From a virus (Duplodnaviria > Caudoviricetes), in the IMG/VR virus record IMGVR_UViG_3300048089_000093, positions 1 to 64,000 of that record: 64,000 nt of DNA; one strand, written 5' to 3'. Positions within the stretch are counted from its first letter, which is position 1, and each line of letters begins with the position of its first letter. This document shows positions 53,234 to 62,492 of this stretch, piece by piece. The notes under the pieces are model-generated. The model was not told the origin of the DNA, did no database searches, and saw nothing but the letters and a program-made list of their open reading frames with translations. The translations under genes were made by a program, and so were the position numbers.

Positions 53234-56122
53234 TTATTTACCGTCGCCGATCTTGAACGTTCCTAAGTTGTACTGAGCGAGCAGTTCACTTGAAAAACGA
53301 ACGACGCGTGCTGCCTGCCCAACGCCTGCTTTAACGATCAGCGGAGAGTCGGGCGGCTGCTTCTCGGAGATCAGCGAGCTGACCTGAACGCCCATCAGGA
53401 ACGACTCGACGTCATTGAATTCTGGCACCACGCTGCGTCGTGTGCACGCAACGCGATAGCGGCCGAAGAACGCGTCGACGTTGATATCGAGATCCAGAGC
53501 CGGCGTGTAGGCGAACTCGACGCCGTGCCGCACGTTGTGATCGAGTCCAGCTTCGTCCTGCCAGCTGATCGTCGCCATGAAGCGCAGGATGCGCACCATC
53601 GACGGGATCGAGACGAGCGACGGGTGGTTGTCCATGCAGAGCATCGCATCCTGCAGCTCAGAAAAGCGCGGCAGGAACTTCTCGTCAAAGACTGCAGCAC
53701 CGAACGCGTGGCGCAGCACCTTGCCGAGGAATTTCAGCCCGCTGAGCGCGACGCCCAGGTTGTAGACGATCCGCGAGTTGCCGGTCATCGTCAGGTGGTC
53801 GGCTGCCGTCGCATGGCTTTCTTCGATCAGCTTGCGAATCACTTCTGGCTTGCCCGACATCGTCGCCTGCATCATCGACTTGCCGATGCTGGTGAGGACT
53901 GCCTGGTTTCTGAACAGCGTCTCGAACGCAGCCTTCGCGCGCCCCTGTCTGTTCCGCTTGCTGAACGCCGCGGCGATCGTGCGCTCCTGGATCGCCGCCT
54001 CGGCCTCGGCGGTCTCGGTCGAGAACACCATCGGCGTGGTCTTCGTCTCGAACGCGAGGTCGTGCCAGTTTCCGCCCGCGACGCCGTTGCCATTGCCGCC
54101 GCCGCGGGGTGCCTGCATGCTGGGCGTGTACATCTCGTGGATCAGCGTGCGGATCTCGCGCACCAGCTCCTGCGACATCTGCTTGGGCTTGAACTCATCC
54201 ATGAAGTACGGGATCGTCGAGCTGCTGGTCAGCATCATGCGCCGGCCGTAGCTCGTGCCCTGCGAGGCATTGGTCGCCTTGGGCTCGGCCTTCAGGTAGA
54301 ACATGCGCAGCAACAGCAGGATCAGCGCTGTCTTGCCCGCGCCGGCCTCGCCGAACACCTGCAGCAACGGGAAGCTCGTGCCGAACTTGTGGTGCAGCGT
54401 TTTCAGCCAGCATGCGCCGAGCCAGCCAAGTACACATGCGACGGTCGTCGGCTCGTTGTTGAAGTGCAGCAGCGCGTCGACCACTTCCATCGCGTTCGCG
54501 TGGTCGACGAGCGGCAGGGCATCAGCCACGTCGCTGCGGTAGTTACCGATCTCCGTGCCGCTTGGGCTGCGGTAACGGTACGAGCGCGACGAGTCCGGTG
54601 CGAAGCAGCCCTCGCTGGACGCCCACACCATTTTCTCGTCGCCCGACTCGTCGCGCACGAGGTTGAAGCCTTCCTTCATGAGCGCGAAGATCTTCGGGTT
54701 GGCGCGCGCAGCCTGCATCACCGACGCGAACACACCGCCGGCCTTGAACGAGTCGAGCTTCGGCGCGACGCCGCCCTGCGTGGTGATGAACTTCTTCGCG
54801 GAGTCGCCGCTGAGGAACACGCTGCCGTCAATCTGCACTTCGCCCTGGGCCACGCCGGCGCACAACGATTCGACCATGTAGCCGCGCGTTTTCATGTCGA
54901 CTGCATCGATCACCTCGACCGCGCTCGAACTGTCGAAGTGCCAGTTCGTTTCGCGACGCATCGAGTCCTCGCCCTTCGTCGAGTAGACGCCGAACGAGCC
55001 GTTGATGATGCCGCCCATCAGGTCCGACAGGTCGCCCTTGGCCGCACGCTCAGCCTGCTTGCCGCCCTTCGTCGGGTCACCGCGCAGGTCGTTGACGTCG
55101 GCCGTGTCGTCCATGATCGTGGTCATGGCGTTCGGCGAGTACTGGTAGGCGATGTTGCCCGCAGCGTAGCGGAACATGCGCTTCAGTTCCGAGCGCACAG
55201 CGGACGTCGTGCCGTGGCCGTCGCCGCGGTAGTTCTGGATCAGCCCCAGGCACGATTCGATATGCTCATCGAGTGACTTGCCCAGCGCGTTAGACAGGAT
55301 GCCCAGCTGCAGGGCGATCTTGTTCAGTCCGACATTCGGGTTGATGTTGTGGCCGCCCATGATCGCTTTGACCGAGTCGGGCCAGTCACCGTTGAGCGCC
55401 TTCACAGCCTCAGTGGTGTCGCTGGCCTTCTTGCGGTTCTCGCTGTAACGCTGTGCGATCTTCTTGCGGAAGTTATCGAACTTCGACCCGAGCTGCGGCG
55501 AATACACCGGCTCAGCGAGTTTCGAAAACAGGCGCGGCGCGCTCGTCAGTTCCATGTACAGCTCAGGCGTCATCTCCTGCAGCTGCTGGAACGTGATAGG
55601 CACCTTGAAGCGGCCAGCCGTCTCGCGCTCGACGTTCGGCGTGCGCCACATGCGGCCACGCTTTGCGCTGTAGACGGCCATGTCCATGTCTTCCGTGTAC
55701 AGCTCGTTCGCGAGTTCGCGGTAGACCTGTGGAAGGTACTGGACGCCGCCCAGGATCGTCGGCTCGTGCGAGCAGAACGTCCGGAACGGCAACTCGATGT
55801 GATAGCCGCGACCGCCTGTGGCGTACATCTGCACGCTCAGGGGATCAACGTCGTATTCATCAAGGAGGGTCTGGAGAAAACGCTTGACTGAAGCCGCGCC
55901 GATCATCAGATCGTCGCAGTCCCAGTCAGCGTAAAACGGACCCGTGTAACGGGTCTTAAGCTGGTCTTCGAGAGACGAGTCATCATCGAGCAGCTCCGAC
56001 AGATCGAGTACGGTGACGTACTTCGGCTGCTTCGTTTCGATGATCGTTTCTCGCTGGTCGGATTTACCCGACGACCAGCCGCTGGACTTCTCAGAAGTCC
56101 AGTAGAAAAACTTATCAGTCAT
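53234..56122 (-). CDS. primase-helicase (AEP-type primase fused to P-loop ATPase)
   Basis: YADWD, TGGRGYH and DMAVY...RTPN AEP motifs; GEAGAGKT and MDEFK ATPase motifs. Confidence 0.82.
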   Translation of the reverse strand: MTDKFFYWTSEKSSGWSSGKSDQRETIIETKQPKYVTVLDLSELLDDDSSLEDQLKTRYTGPFYADWDCDDLMIGAASVKRFLQTLLDEYDVDPLSVQMYATGGRGYHIELPFRTFCSHEPTILGGVQYLPQVYRELANELYTEDMDMAVYSAKRGRMWRTPNVERETAGRFKVPITFQQLQEMTPELYMELTSAPRLFSKLAEPVYSPQLGSKFDNFRKKIAQRYSENRKKASDTTEAVKALNGDWPDSVKAIMGGHNINPNVGLNKIALQLGILSNALGKSLDEHIESCLGLIQNYRGDGHGTTSAVRSELKRMFRYAAGNIAYQYSPNAMTTIMDDTADVNDLRGDPTKGGKQAERAAKGDLSDLMGGIINGSFGVYSTKGEDSMRRETNWHFDSSSAVEVIDAVDMKTRGYMVESLCAGVAQGEVQIDGSVFLSGDSAKKFITTQGGVAPKLDSFKAGGVFASVMQAARANPKIFALMKEGFNLVRDESGDEKMVWASSEGCFAPDSSRSYRYRSPSGTEIGNYRSDVADALPLVDHANAMEVVDALLHFNNEPTTVACVLGWLGACWLKTLHHKFGTSFPLLQVFGEAGAGKTALILLLLRMFYLKAEPKATNASQGTSYGRRMMLTSSSTIPYFMDEFKPKQMSQELVREIRTLIHEMYTPSMQAPRGGGNGNGVAGGNWHDLAFETKTTPMVFSTETAEAEAAIQERTIAAAFSKRNRQGRAKAAFETLFRNQAVLTSIGKSMMQATMSGKPEVIRKLIEESHATAADHLTMTGNSRIVYNLGVALSGLKFLGKVLRHAFGAAVFDEKFLPRFSELQDAMLCMDNHPSLVSIPSMVRILRFMATISWQDEAGLDHNVRHGVEFAYTPALDLDINVDAFFGRYRVACTRRSVVPEFNDVESFLMGVQVSSLISEKQPPDSPLIVKAGVGQAARVVRFSSELLAQYNLGTFKIGDGK

Positions 56123-56209
56123 CTTGTTGTTCGGGGCAGGGTGGGACTGTGGAACAACCGACCGGGCGCCAAGGGTGGGATTAGCGCTTCAGTCAGGGGG
56201 TGAGGCCGG

Positions 56210-56245
56210 ATTGTACTCTCGCTTTTTCTATCTAACAATTTGTTA
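56210..56245 (-). promoter_or_regulatory. primase promoter with palindromic operator
   Basis: TTGTTA-17 nt-TACAAT on the minus strand; TAACAA-T-TTGTTA palindrome (56233-56245) covers the -35 box. Confidence 0.6.
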
Positions 56246-56369
56246 CATGTCTTTTTTTACCTACGTAGGGTCCACCCTAAGACTCGCGCCCCAATTGCCG
56301 CCGAGCGTGGTCAATGCTCAACGAATCGATCGTCAGATCAATGGGCAATTACTCGCTCTTTTCGGCCAA

Positions 56370-57782
56370 TTAAGCCTGGCCCAGGAGCTGCGCACGGAGG
56401 TCAGCCGTGCTCGGAACGACTTGTTGAATCAGTCCGTTGTTCTGCACCAGATTCTTGCGCAGCGTCACCTGCACCGTGCCGAGCGCGGTCGCCACGCGGA
56501 TGTCGCAAACGAACTTCTGGCCCGGCCGCTCGATGCGCTTCACAGCCTGGAAGAAGTCCTTGGAAACGCTGGGGATCTCCAGGAATAGCGCGTGGTTGCA
56601 GCAGTCCTGCAGGCCGTCGACGCCGACGCCGCCCGATAGCGGGTTCATCACCGCCACCGTGCACGCCGGATTGAATTTGAAGCGCTCGACGTTCTTGTCC
56701 TTCTGCGTCTTGCTGATATCGCCATTCACTGCGACCGCATCGACGCCCTGCCTGAGCAGGTAGTCCATGATCGCCTTCACCGACATCTTGTAGTTCGCGA
56801 AGACGAGCAGCTTCTGGCCGCGCAGCTCCGCGAGGAACTCGTCGAGCAGCTGGAACCCGTACGGCACCATCGTCTCGTCCTGCGCGAAGTACGCAGCGTT
56901 CAACACGACCTGCTGCAGCGCGACGTGCAGCTTGTTCGCTGTGGTCGCGTCGATCGCGAAGCCGCTCTCATACACCAGCATCTGTTGATCGACGAGCGTG
57001 CGATACAGCTTCATGTGCTGCGCTTCGAGGTCGTAGATCACCGGGCTGATGTTCGCGCGCGGCATGTCCGGATGAACCTCGGGTGTGCTGATGAACGACG
57101 CGTTGAGCGCGAGGTTGCGCGCCAGCATGTCGAGCTTGCGCCACCGGATCGGCCGCTTATATGCGTCGTACTTCTCGACGTGGATTGTCTCGAACTGGCT
57201 GTAGCTGCGGTACACACCGGGCGACACCAGCTTGATGTATGCGTAGGCGTCGCGCGGCGTCGACAGCGGTGAGCCGGTCATCGGCAGAACGCCGCCGCCG
57301 GCCGCCATCTGCAGTACTGCGCGAAAGGTGCCCGACTCGAAGTTCTTCGCGCACGTTGCCTCGTCGTTCTTCACCATCACCGGGCGCTTGCTGAACACCT
57401 CGTACAACCTGTCGAAGTCGTTCTTGAGCATCTGCGGCGTGGTGATGAAGTAGTTCGTGTCCGGGTCGAGGTCGATCTTCGCGCGCTGCGCCTTCGTGCC
57501 GTAGTAGACCTTGTTCGAGATGCCGCAGCTGTTGAGCCACGACTGCCACTGCTTGAGCAGGATCGGCGGCGCCAGCTGGATCATCTGCGCGCCCGTCTGT
57601 TCGCGGCGAATCATTGCGTAGAGCGTGGAGCCGAACGTCTTGCCGGCGCCCATGTCCCAGTACATGCCGAAGCGGTCCCCGGACTCGATCACGCCGCGGT
57701 TGACTTCGTCACGTTGGTAAATCCAGGGTGTCTTGGGGAATGCAACTTTCTTGCAGATCTGCGCGACGTAGTCAGTAGTCAT
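56370..57782 (-). CDS. SNF2-like helicase
   Basis: YQR, DMGAGKT, DEAT (DEAH variant), MTGSP, GGVGVDGLQ and QAVKRIERPGQ motifs. Confidence 0.85.
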   Translation of the reverse strand: MTTDYVAQICKKVAFPKTPWIYQRDEVNRGVIESGDRFGMYWDMGAGKTFGSTLYAMIRREQTGAQMIQLAPPILLKQWQSWLNSCGISNKVYYGTKAQRAKIDLDPDTNYFITTPQMLKNDFDRLYEVFSKRPVMVKNDEATCAKNFESGTFRAVLQMAAGGGVLPMTGSPLSTPRDAYAYIKLVSPGVYRSYSQFETIHVEKYDAYKRPIRWRKLDMLARNLALNASFISTPEVHPDMPRANISPVIYDLEAQHMKLYRTLVDQQMLVYESGFAIDATTANKLHVALQQVVLNAAYFAQDETMVPYGFQLLDEFLAELRGQKLLVFANYKMSVKAIMDYLLRQGVDAVAVNGDISKTQKDKNVERFKFNPACTVAVMNPLSGGVGVDGLQDCCNHALFLEIPSVSKDFFQAVKRIERPGQKFVCDIRVATALGTVQVTLRKNLVQNNGLIQQVVPSTADLRAQLLGQA

Positions 57783-57822
57783 GATAATTTCCGGCGGGCG
57801 GCCGGTACACGGCCGCCCTTTG

Positions 57823-58299
57823 TTACGCGGGTTCCTTCACGCGGTGCATCGCATTCTGCGACACCAGCAGGCCCGTTGCAATGTCAGGCATCATCAGGTG
57901 CCGAACCAGAACCTGCGACGCGAACATCGGCGCCGCCGCAATGCCGGGGTCGTTGAGCATGATCGCGTGAAGGATCAGCGGCTCGTACTTCAGCGCTGCG
58001 TCGCCCAGCGTGATCATGCTCTCCTCGCCTACCGCCCTCGATCCATCCATCGAAACGAAGTAGCCGAGGTTGTTGAACACGGCGATGAACAGGGGGTCGA
58101 AGTTCTTCCGCTGTTGCATCGCGCCACGGTTGCGCGATGCGCCCTCATACGTCAGATCCCAGTCGTGCATCTGCGGCTCCATCACCGTGACGATGTTGAA
58201 CGCAGCCTGCGACCGGCGGGCGATGCGCATCATGATGGGGTCGGACTTCACGCCATACATGAACGACCGCTCTATCGGGTACTTCAGATAGCTCAGCAA
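57823..58299 (-). CDS. hypothetical protein
   Basis: Open frame coupled to the upstream gene. Confidence 0.55.
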   Translation of the reverse strand: MLSYLKYPIERSFMYGVKSDPIMMRIARRSQAAFNIVTVMEPQMHDWDLTYEGASRNRGAMQQRKNFDPLFIAVFNNLGYFVSMDGSRAVGEESMITLGDAALKYEPLILHAIMLNDPGIAAAPMFASQVLVRHLMMPDIATGLLVSQNAMHRVKEPA

Positions 58300-59108
58300 G
58301 ATTTTGCTCCTTTGGGCTGGGGGACAGTTTCAAGGTCTTTCTCCCAAGCAAACTTTGATGGCTGCTCGGGCACTGTGATGATGCGACCTCGTGGGCGGTC
58401 GCTATCAGCATCTACTACTGCAAATTTGTGCGCGGCGACGAGATGGCGCTTGAGCAGCGGCGAGGCCGGGAACTTCGCCTGCATCTCGGGGCCGGTCATC
58501 AGCTCGCCGGTAGCGTGCAGCCTGCCAAACTCCTGCAGCGCTGCGCCGGGGGCGATCGTCATCTGGACGTGGATGATCTCCTTCTGCTCGGTCCAGACGT
58601 TCTCGATCACGCGGTACGTGTCGATGCGCCCGCGCCGCACCGCGCCCTGAATCAGCGCGGGCGGCAGCCACTTATGCACACCGCCGCGCGTGGCCTGCTG
58701 CCGGAAGATGTCGGGCGACTCCAGCGGCCGGCCGATGATCGCCACCTCTGCCGCGCGCTCGGCCACCTCGCGCGCCTTGAGTGCCTCCGTCACGCGCAGA
58801 TCCGTACTCTTTTGCTGGATCGTCGGGATCAGGTTCTTCGCGACGTGGTCATGCAGCTCGACGCCGGGCTTCGCGTGGTCGGTGATCCACCGGTCCAGAT
58901 CACGAGGCATGAGCGCGAGCGCGCTGTTCGTGCGGTTGCCCTTCACGCCGACGGCGCCGTACGCGACTGGCAGCTGCTTGCTGATCGTGCTCCAGTGCAG
59001 CCCGAGCAGCTGCACGATGTTGCGCATCACGATGCGGCCTTCGGAGACGACCACGGGCAGCGTGTGCGCTTCCTTGTTCACGACGTACGTGAAGTCGATC
59101 GTCTCCAT
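58293..59108 (-). CDS. antirepressor-like protein (P22 Ant N-terminal-like domain)
   Basis: RIVMRNIVQLLGLHWSTISKQL resembles the P22_AR_N pattern; remainder unknown. Confidence 0.45.
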   Translation of the reverse strand: METIDFTYVVNKEAHTLPVVVSEGRIVMRNIVQLLGLHWSTISKQLPVAYGAVGVKGNRTNSALALMPRDLDRWITDHAKPGVELHDHVAKNLIPTIQQKSTDLRVTEALKAREVAERAAEVAIIGRPLESPDIFRQQATRGGVHKWLPPALIQGAVRRGRIDTYRVIENVWTEQKEIIHVQMTIAPGAALQEFGRLHATGELMTGPEMQAKFPASPLLKRHLVAAHKFAVVDADSDRPRGRIITVPEQPSKFAWEKDLETVPQPKGAKSC

Positions 59109-59111
59109 CCG

Positions 59112-59894
59112 TTACTCCGCCGGCACTGCTTCGAGTTTGGCGATCACCGCGCTCGCCGGCACGATCAGGGCGCGCACCGGCTCGGGGATGAACGGCACGT
59201 GCTTCTTCAGCTCCGGGAAGTCTTCGATGAACCGCTCGATCGTCTTGCGCTGCTCGAACGCGGCCAACAGCTCGCGGCTGAGCAACGCCTGCTCGGTGTA
59301 GACCTCCAGCATCCTGACCTGCAGCTCGCACGCCTGCAGCCAGTCCGCGTCGCGCACGAACTTCGTGGCGTTGCCGTACTCCTTGCCCTTCTCCCACGAT
59401 GACTTGGGCTTCAGAAACAGAGCCGAGTGCCCGACCGGGCCGACGCGCGGATACCGGTTGGACATTGCCATCTCCATCGGCCCCTTAATCAGCGTGTCGC
59501 TCCTGTTGAGGAACGTCGGGCCGCCTCCGTTGAACTCGCGATTGCCGCACGGAGCCTTGTCGAACTTCGGAGAAAGATAGAAGCTGCTGTCGTGACTGGT
59601 CGACCCCTTCAGTGACTTCGCGCACGCGGCGATCCGGTCGGTGAGCGGCTTCATGTTCGTCGGCCTCATCCAATCCAGCGCGAACGCGGTCTTGTTCATC
59701 GTTGCTGCGACGCCGGGCTTCTCGTCGTAGATCTGTTGCGCTTCGGCGTCGAACAGCGAGGGAAGCAGGCGCTGCTCCAGCGCGGCCACTTTCTTTGCGT
59801 GGTCCTTATTAACTTTTGCGTAACGCTCTGCAATTACGCTCTGCACAATTCCAGCAAGGTGGGGTATGATGCTGGTGCGTCGTAGTTGGGACAT
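59112..59894 (-). CDS. Nmad5-like (nucleotide-modification-associated) protein
   Basis: C-terminal TIERFIEDFPELKKHVP resembles Nmad5 proteins; recalled, not searched. Confidence 0.45.
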   Translation of the reverse strand: MSQLRRTSIIPHLAGIVQSVIAERYAKVNKDHAKKVAALEQRLLPSLFDAEAQQIYDEKPGVAATMNKTAFALDWMRPTNMKPLTDRIAACAKSLKGSTSHDSSFYLSPKFDKAPCGNREFNGGGPTFLNRSDTLIKGPMEMAMSNRYPRVGPVGHSALFLKPKSSWEKGKEYGNATKFVRDADWLQACELQVRMLEVYTEQALLSRELLAAFEQRKTIERFIEDFPELKKHVPFIPEPVRALIVPASAVIAKLEAVPAE

Positions 59895-59931
59895 GTGGGG
59901 TTCCTCTGGGACTGGGACGTAAGGGACAGGA

Positions 59932-59963
59932 AGGCCCGCTATCGAAAGGTAGCGGGCTTTTTC
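59932..59963 (+). terminator. terminator-like hairpin with T run on the plus (antisense) strand
   Basis: GGCCCGCTATC-GAAA-GGTAGCGGGCT-TTTT. Confidence 0.6.
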
Positions 59964-60361
59964 TATTTCAGTTCGGCTTCAGCTCGCACACGTTGCAGTG
60001 CTAAGTACAGCCACGTGCCGTCGAGGCGCGGAAGCATAGCATCGACTGTGTTCACTGCGGTAGTAATCGGCAGGCGTTCGTAGGGCGTCACCGCTATCGG
60101 CAGGCCGCGCTCGCAGAGCGCACGCAGTGCGAGCGAGCCCGAGTTCAGCAGGACGACCTCGTCCTTGAACTGGGGTTTACCCTCCACTGCGAAGCGCGCC
60201 ATGTCCAGCCCTTCCTGTAGCTGCTCGATCGTCTCCCATGAGGCGTAAGCAGTGCTGAGCACCACGAGCGCGCTGTGAAGTCCCATGCGGACCTGGTCAG
60301 CAAGCTCCTTCGTCACCGGCAGCCTCTTGAGCCGAACCTTGCGGTGGGCGCTCTTTCTCAT
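59963..60361 (-). CDS. hypothetical protein
   Basis: Basic N-terminus, helical; ATGA coupling. Confidence 0.6.
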   Translation of the reverse strand: MRKSAHRKVRLKRLPVTKELADQVRMGLHSALVVLSTAYASWETIEQLQEGLDMARFAVEGKPQFKDEVVLLNSGSLALRALCERGLPIAVTPYERLPITTAVNTVDAMLPRLDGTWLYLALQRVRAEAELK

Positions 60362-60945
60362 TGCAGCCGCTGCCCGCCGCTGTCGACCAGCGTCACGCCT
60401 TCTTTCTTCCAAGCGATGGGCGCGGTCACGAACGCTTCGGGCATCGTCGAGATGAACCCGACCATGCGCTCCAGCTCCTTGTTCAGCTCATACGCGCCGG
60501 CACGACCGCGGCGGTGTTCGAGCAGCGCATCGGCCGCGAGCAGCACGACGTGCATCGCCGTCGCCTTCCTCTCGACCAGATCGGGGATCACCGAGTCGGT
60601 CACCATCGTCAGCAGGTCGCCGACCGTGGTGCTCTGCGCAGCTGCTGCGTGCTGCTGGTAGCCCATGTTCAGGTAGGTCGACATCTGCTGCACGAAGCTG
60701 AGCTGCACTTCGAGTGTGCCGTCGGGCACCTTCACCGTCCACGCGCCCTTGTGCTCAGCCGGCATGTCCATCTGGCCGGTATCGCTGATCGGGTACTGGC
60801 GGTACAGGTAGATGTTGCCCGTGCGGATGTTGCCCAGCGGGATCACATTGCGGTTGAACGATGCGAACACATCGCCGGTATCTGGATCGAATATCACGCG
60901 CTGCGCCACGTCGTAGACCTGTGCAGCCATTTGCTTGTTTTCCAT
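60358..60945 (-). CDS. hypothetical protein
   Basis: AGGA ribosome-binding site; phage codon usage. Confidence 0.6.
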   Translation of the reverse strand: MENKQMAAQVYDVAQRVIFDPDTGDVFASFNRNVIPLGNIRTGNIYLYRQYPISDTGQMDMPAEHKGAWTVKVPDGTLEVQLSFVQQMSTYLNMGYQQHAAAAQSTTVGDLLTMVTDSVIPDLVERKATAMHVVLLAADALLEHRRGRAGAYELNKELERMVGFISTMPEAFVTAPIAWKKEGVTLVDSGGQRLQ

Positions 60946-60956
60946 TTCTGGTCCTG

Positions 60957-61163
60957 TCAGGGCTTGAAGCCTGGTTGAAGTTCGTACCCTTCTTCGACGA
61001 CCTTGAAATAGCGTGGCGCCTCTGCGTGCTGGACGCTGTTGATCGCCTTGCAGATCGTTTCCGCCTGCTCCTTGCGAAACAGTGGGGGTAGGTTTTCTAC
61101 GAACTTTTCGTTCGGATAATCGCCAGCGAAATTGTCGGTGTTGACGATGAGAAATCTGGTCAT
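60957..61163 (-). CDS. conserved small phage protein
   Basis: IVNTDNF...AETICKAIN...YFKVVEEGYEL pattern. Confidence 0.55.
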   Translation of the reverse strand: MTRFLIVNTDNFAGDYPNEKFVENLPPLFRKEQAETICKAINSVQHAEAPRYFKVVEEGYELQPGFKP

Positions 61164-61170
61164 GCGCACC

Positions 61171-61569
61171 TCAAAGCGGAATGAAGTCAGGCTCGTACAG
61201 ATCCTCTGCAGCCGCGCAGTACTGTACGAACTCCAGAAACGACTCGCGCGACATCGTGCGTGGCGGCTCCTCCAGACCTCGGGTCGTGTAGATGCTGCCT
61301 TCGATGATGTGCGCGCGAGCCGCGTCCGTGAGACGCACTGGCACAGGGTACGGCGCGATGTTCGGCATCTCGTTGTCGAGATAGAGCGAGCGCACGCCCG
61401 CTTCCGTCAGGACCGTCACGAGCTTGGGCCGCCCGGCCTTGACGTTCGGAAGCTGGATCGTCCGCGCGTACCGTGCGTGAGTGTGCGCGATCCGGCCGCG
61501 GTAGCTCGTCAGCGCGTCGCGCATCTCCTTGTCCCGGTGGACGTCGGCCACGTCGTACCACTTTTCCAT
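61171..61569 (-). CDS. hypothetical protein
   Basis: AAGGAG ribosome-binding site. Confidence 0.6.
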   Translation of the reverse strand: MEKWYDVADVHRDKEMRDALTSYRGRIAHTHARYARTIQLPNVKAGRPKLVTVLTEAGVRSLYLDNEMPNIAPYPVPVRLTDAARAHIIEGSIYTTRGLEEPPRTMSRESFLEFVQYCAAAEDLYEPDFIPL

Positions 61570-61579
61570 GTGCTTCTCC

Positions 61580-62227
61580 TTAGCTGTTGCGCGCGTCGGC
61601 GCCGCCCTTATCGGCGCGCGCCTCAGCCGCTGCGTTGCTGTAGCCCGCGCTGCCGTAGCGGCCCTTGTCGCCCTGCAGCTTGTCGATGTTCTGCTGCAGC
61701 ACGTCCTCGAAGCTCGCGCCGATCAGGTGGCAGGCGTCCTGAATCAGTTTGATGATCGAGCACATGACGGTCTGTGCGTGGGTATCGGAGCCCTCCATGT
61801 TCTGGATGTAGCGGCCGATCTCGACGCCCAGCGTGAGGGTCACGTCAAGCAGCAGGGCGCTGCGCACTGCGTCGTTCAGGCTGCCGAGTTCCTCAACCGT
61901 CAGGACGGGGAAGCCCATCTGCGCAGCTGTGATCATCGCCCACGAGCTGTCAGTGTTCAGAACGTCGCCCGCGACCGTGCCGAACACGTTGAACGGGATC
62001 ACTGCGTAGAACATCGCGTCGCCCAGTTCTTCGATCATGTGGTCGACGAGCGTCTTGCCGTCCTTCACGTCGAGCAGTTTCTTTTCGTAGACCGAGACGC
62101 GCTTGACCTGCGTTGCGAACTCGCCGATTTCCGTCTGCAGGCCGATCGCCGCGTGACTCAGGCGCATCTCGCGCGGATACTGTTTCTCAGTTTTCTGAGA
62201 GAGGGACTGATAGAGGTTGAGGTCCAT
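61580..62227 (-). CDS. MazG-like NTP pyrophosphohydrolase
   Basis: HAAIGLQTEIGE...EELGDAMFY and QNIDKL...RY motifs separated by an insertion. Confidence 0.75.
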   Translation of the reverse strand: MDLNLYQSLSQKTEKQYPREMRLSHAAIGLQTEIGEFATQVKRVSVYEKKLLDVKDGKTLVDHMIEELGDAMFYAVIPFNVFGTVAGDVLNTDSSWAMITAAQMGFPVLTVEELGSLNDAVRSALLLDVTLTLGVEIGRYIQNMEGSDTHAQTVMCSIIKLIQDACHLIGASFEDVLQQNIDKLQGDKGRYGSAGYSNAAAEARADKGGADARNS

Positions 62228-62303
62228 GTTTTTATCCGATTAAAGGGATTGATAGCTTACTACAGGGTGGGTTCGTTTGTTAGGGGTACTGACCGTTTTG
62301 TTG

Positions 62304-62492
62304 CTACGAGTCAACGAACTCGATCTTCTCGCCGCGGCGGTGCGCCTCGGCGTACAACTCCTTCATCGACAGCGGCTCACCAACGCTGCCGTCGCGGTCC
62401 TCGATTCGGTAGCGCGTCGACAGGATGTCGTGCTGCTCGCGCGTCCCCACGCCACGGTTCGGCCTGGCGCGGATCTCCGTAATAACTCGCAT
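62304..62492 (-). CDS. hypothetical protein (62 aa)
   Basis: GGAG ribosome-binding site; overlaps the upstream ORF by about 116 nt. Confidence 0.4.
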   Translation of the reverse strand: MRVITEIRARPNRGVGTREQHDILSTRYRIEDRDGSVGEPLSMKELYAEAHRRGEKIEFVDS

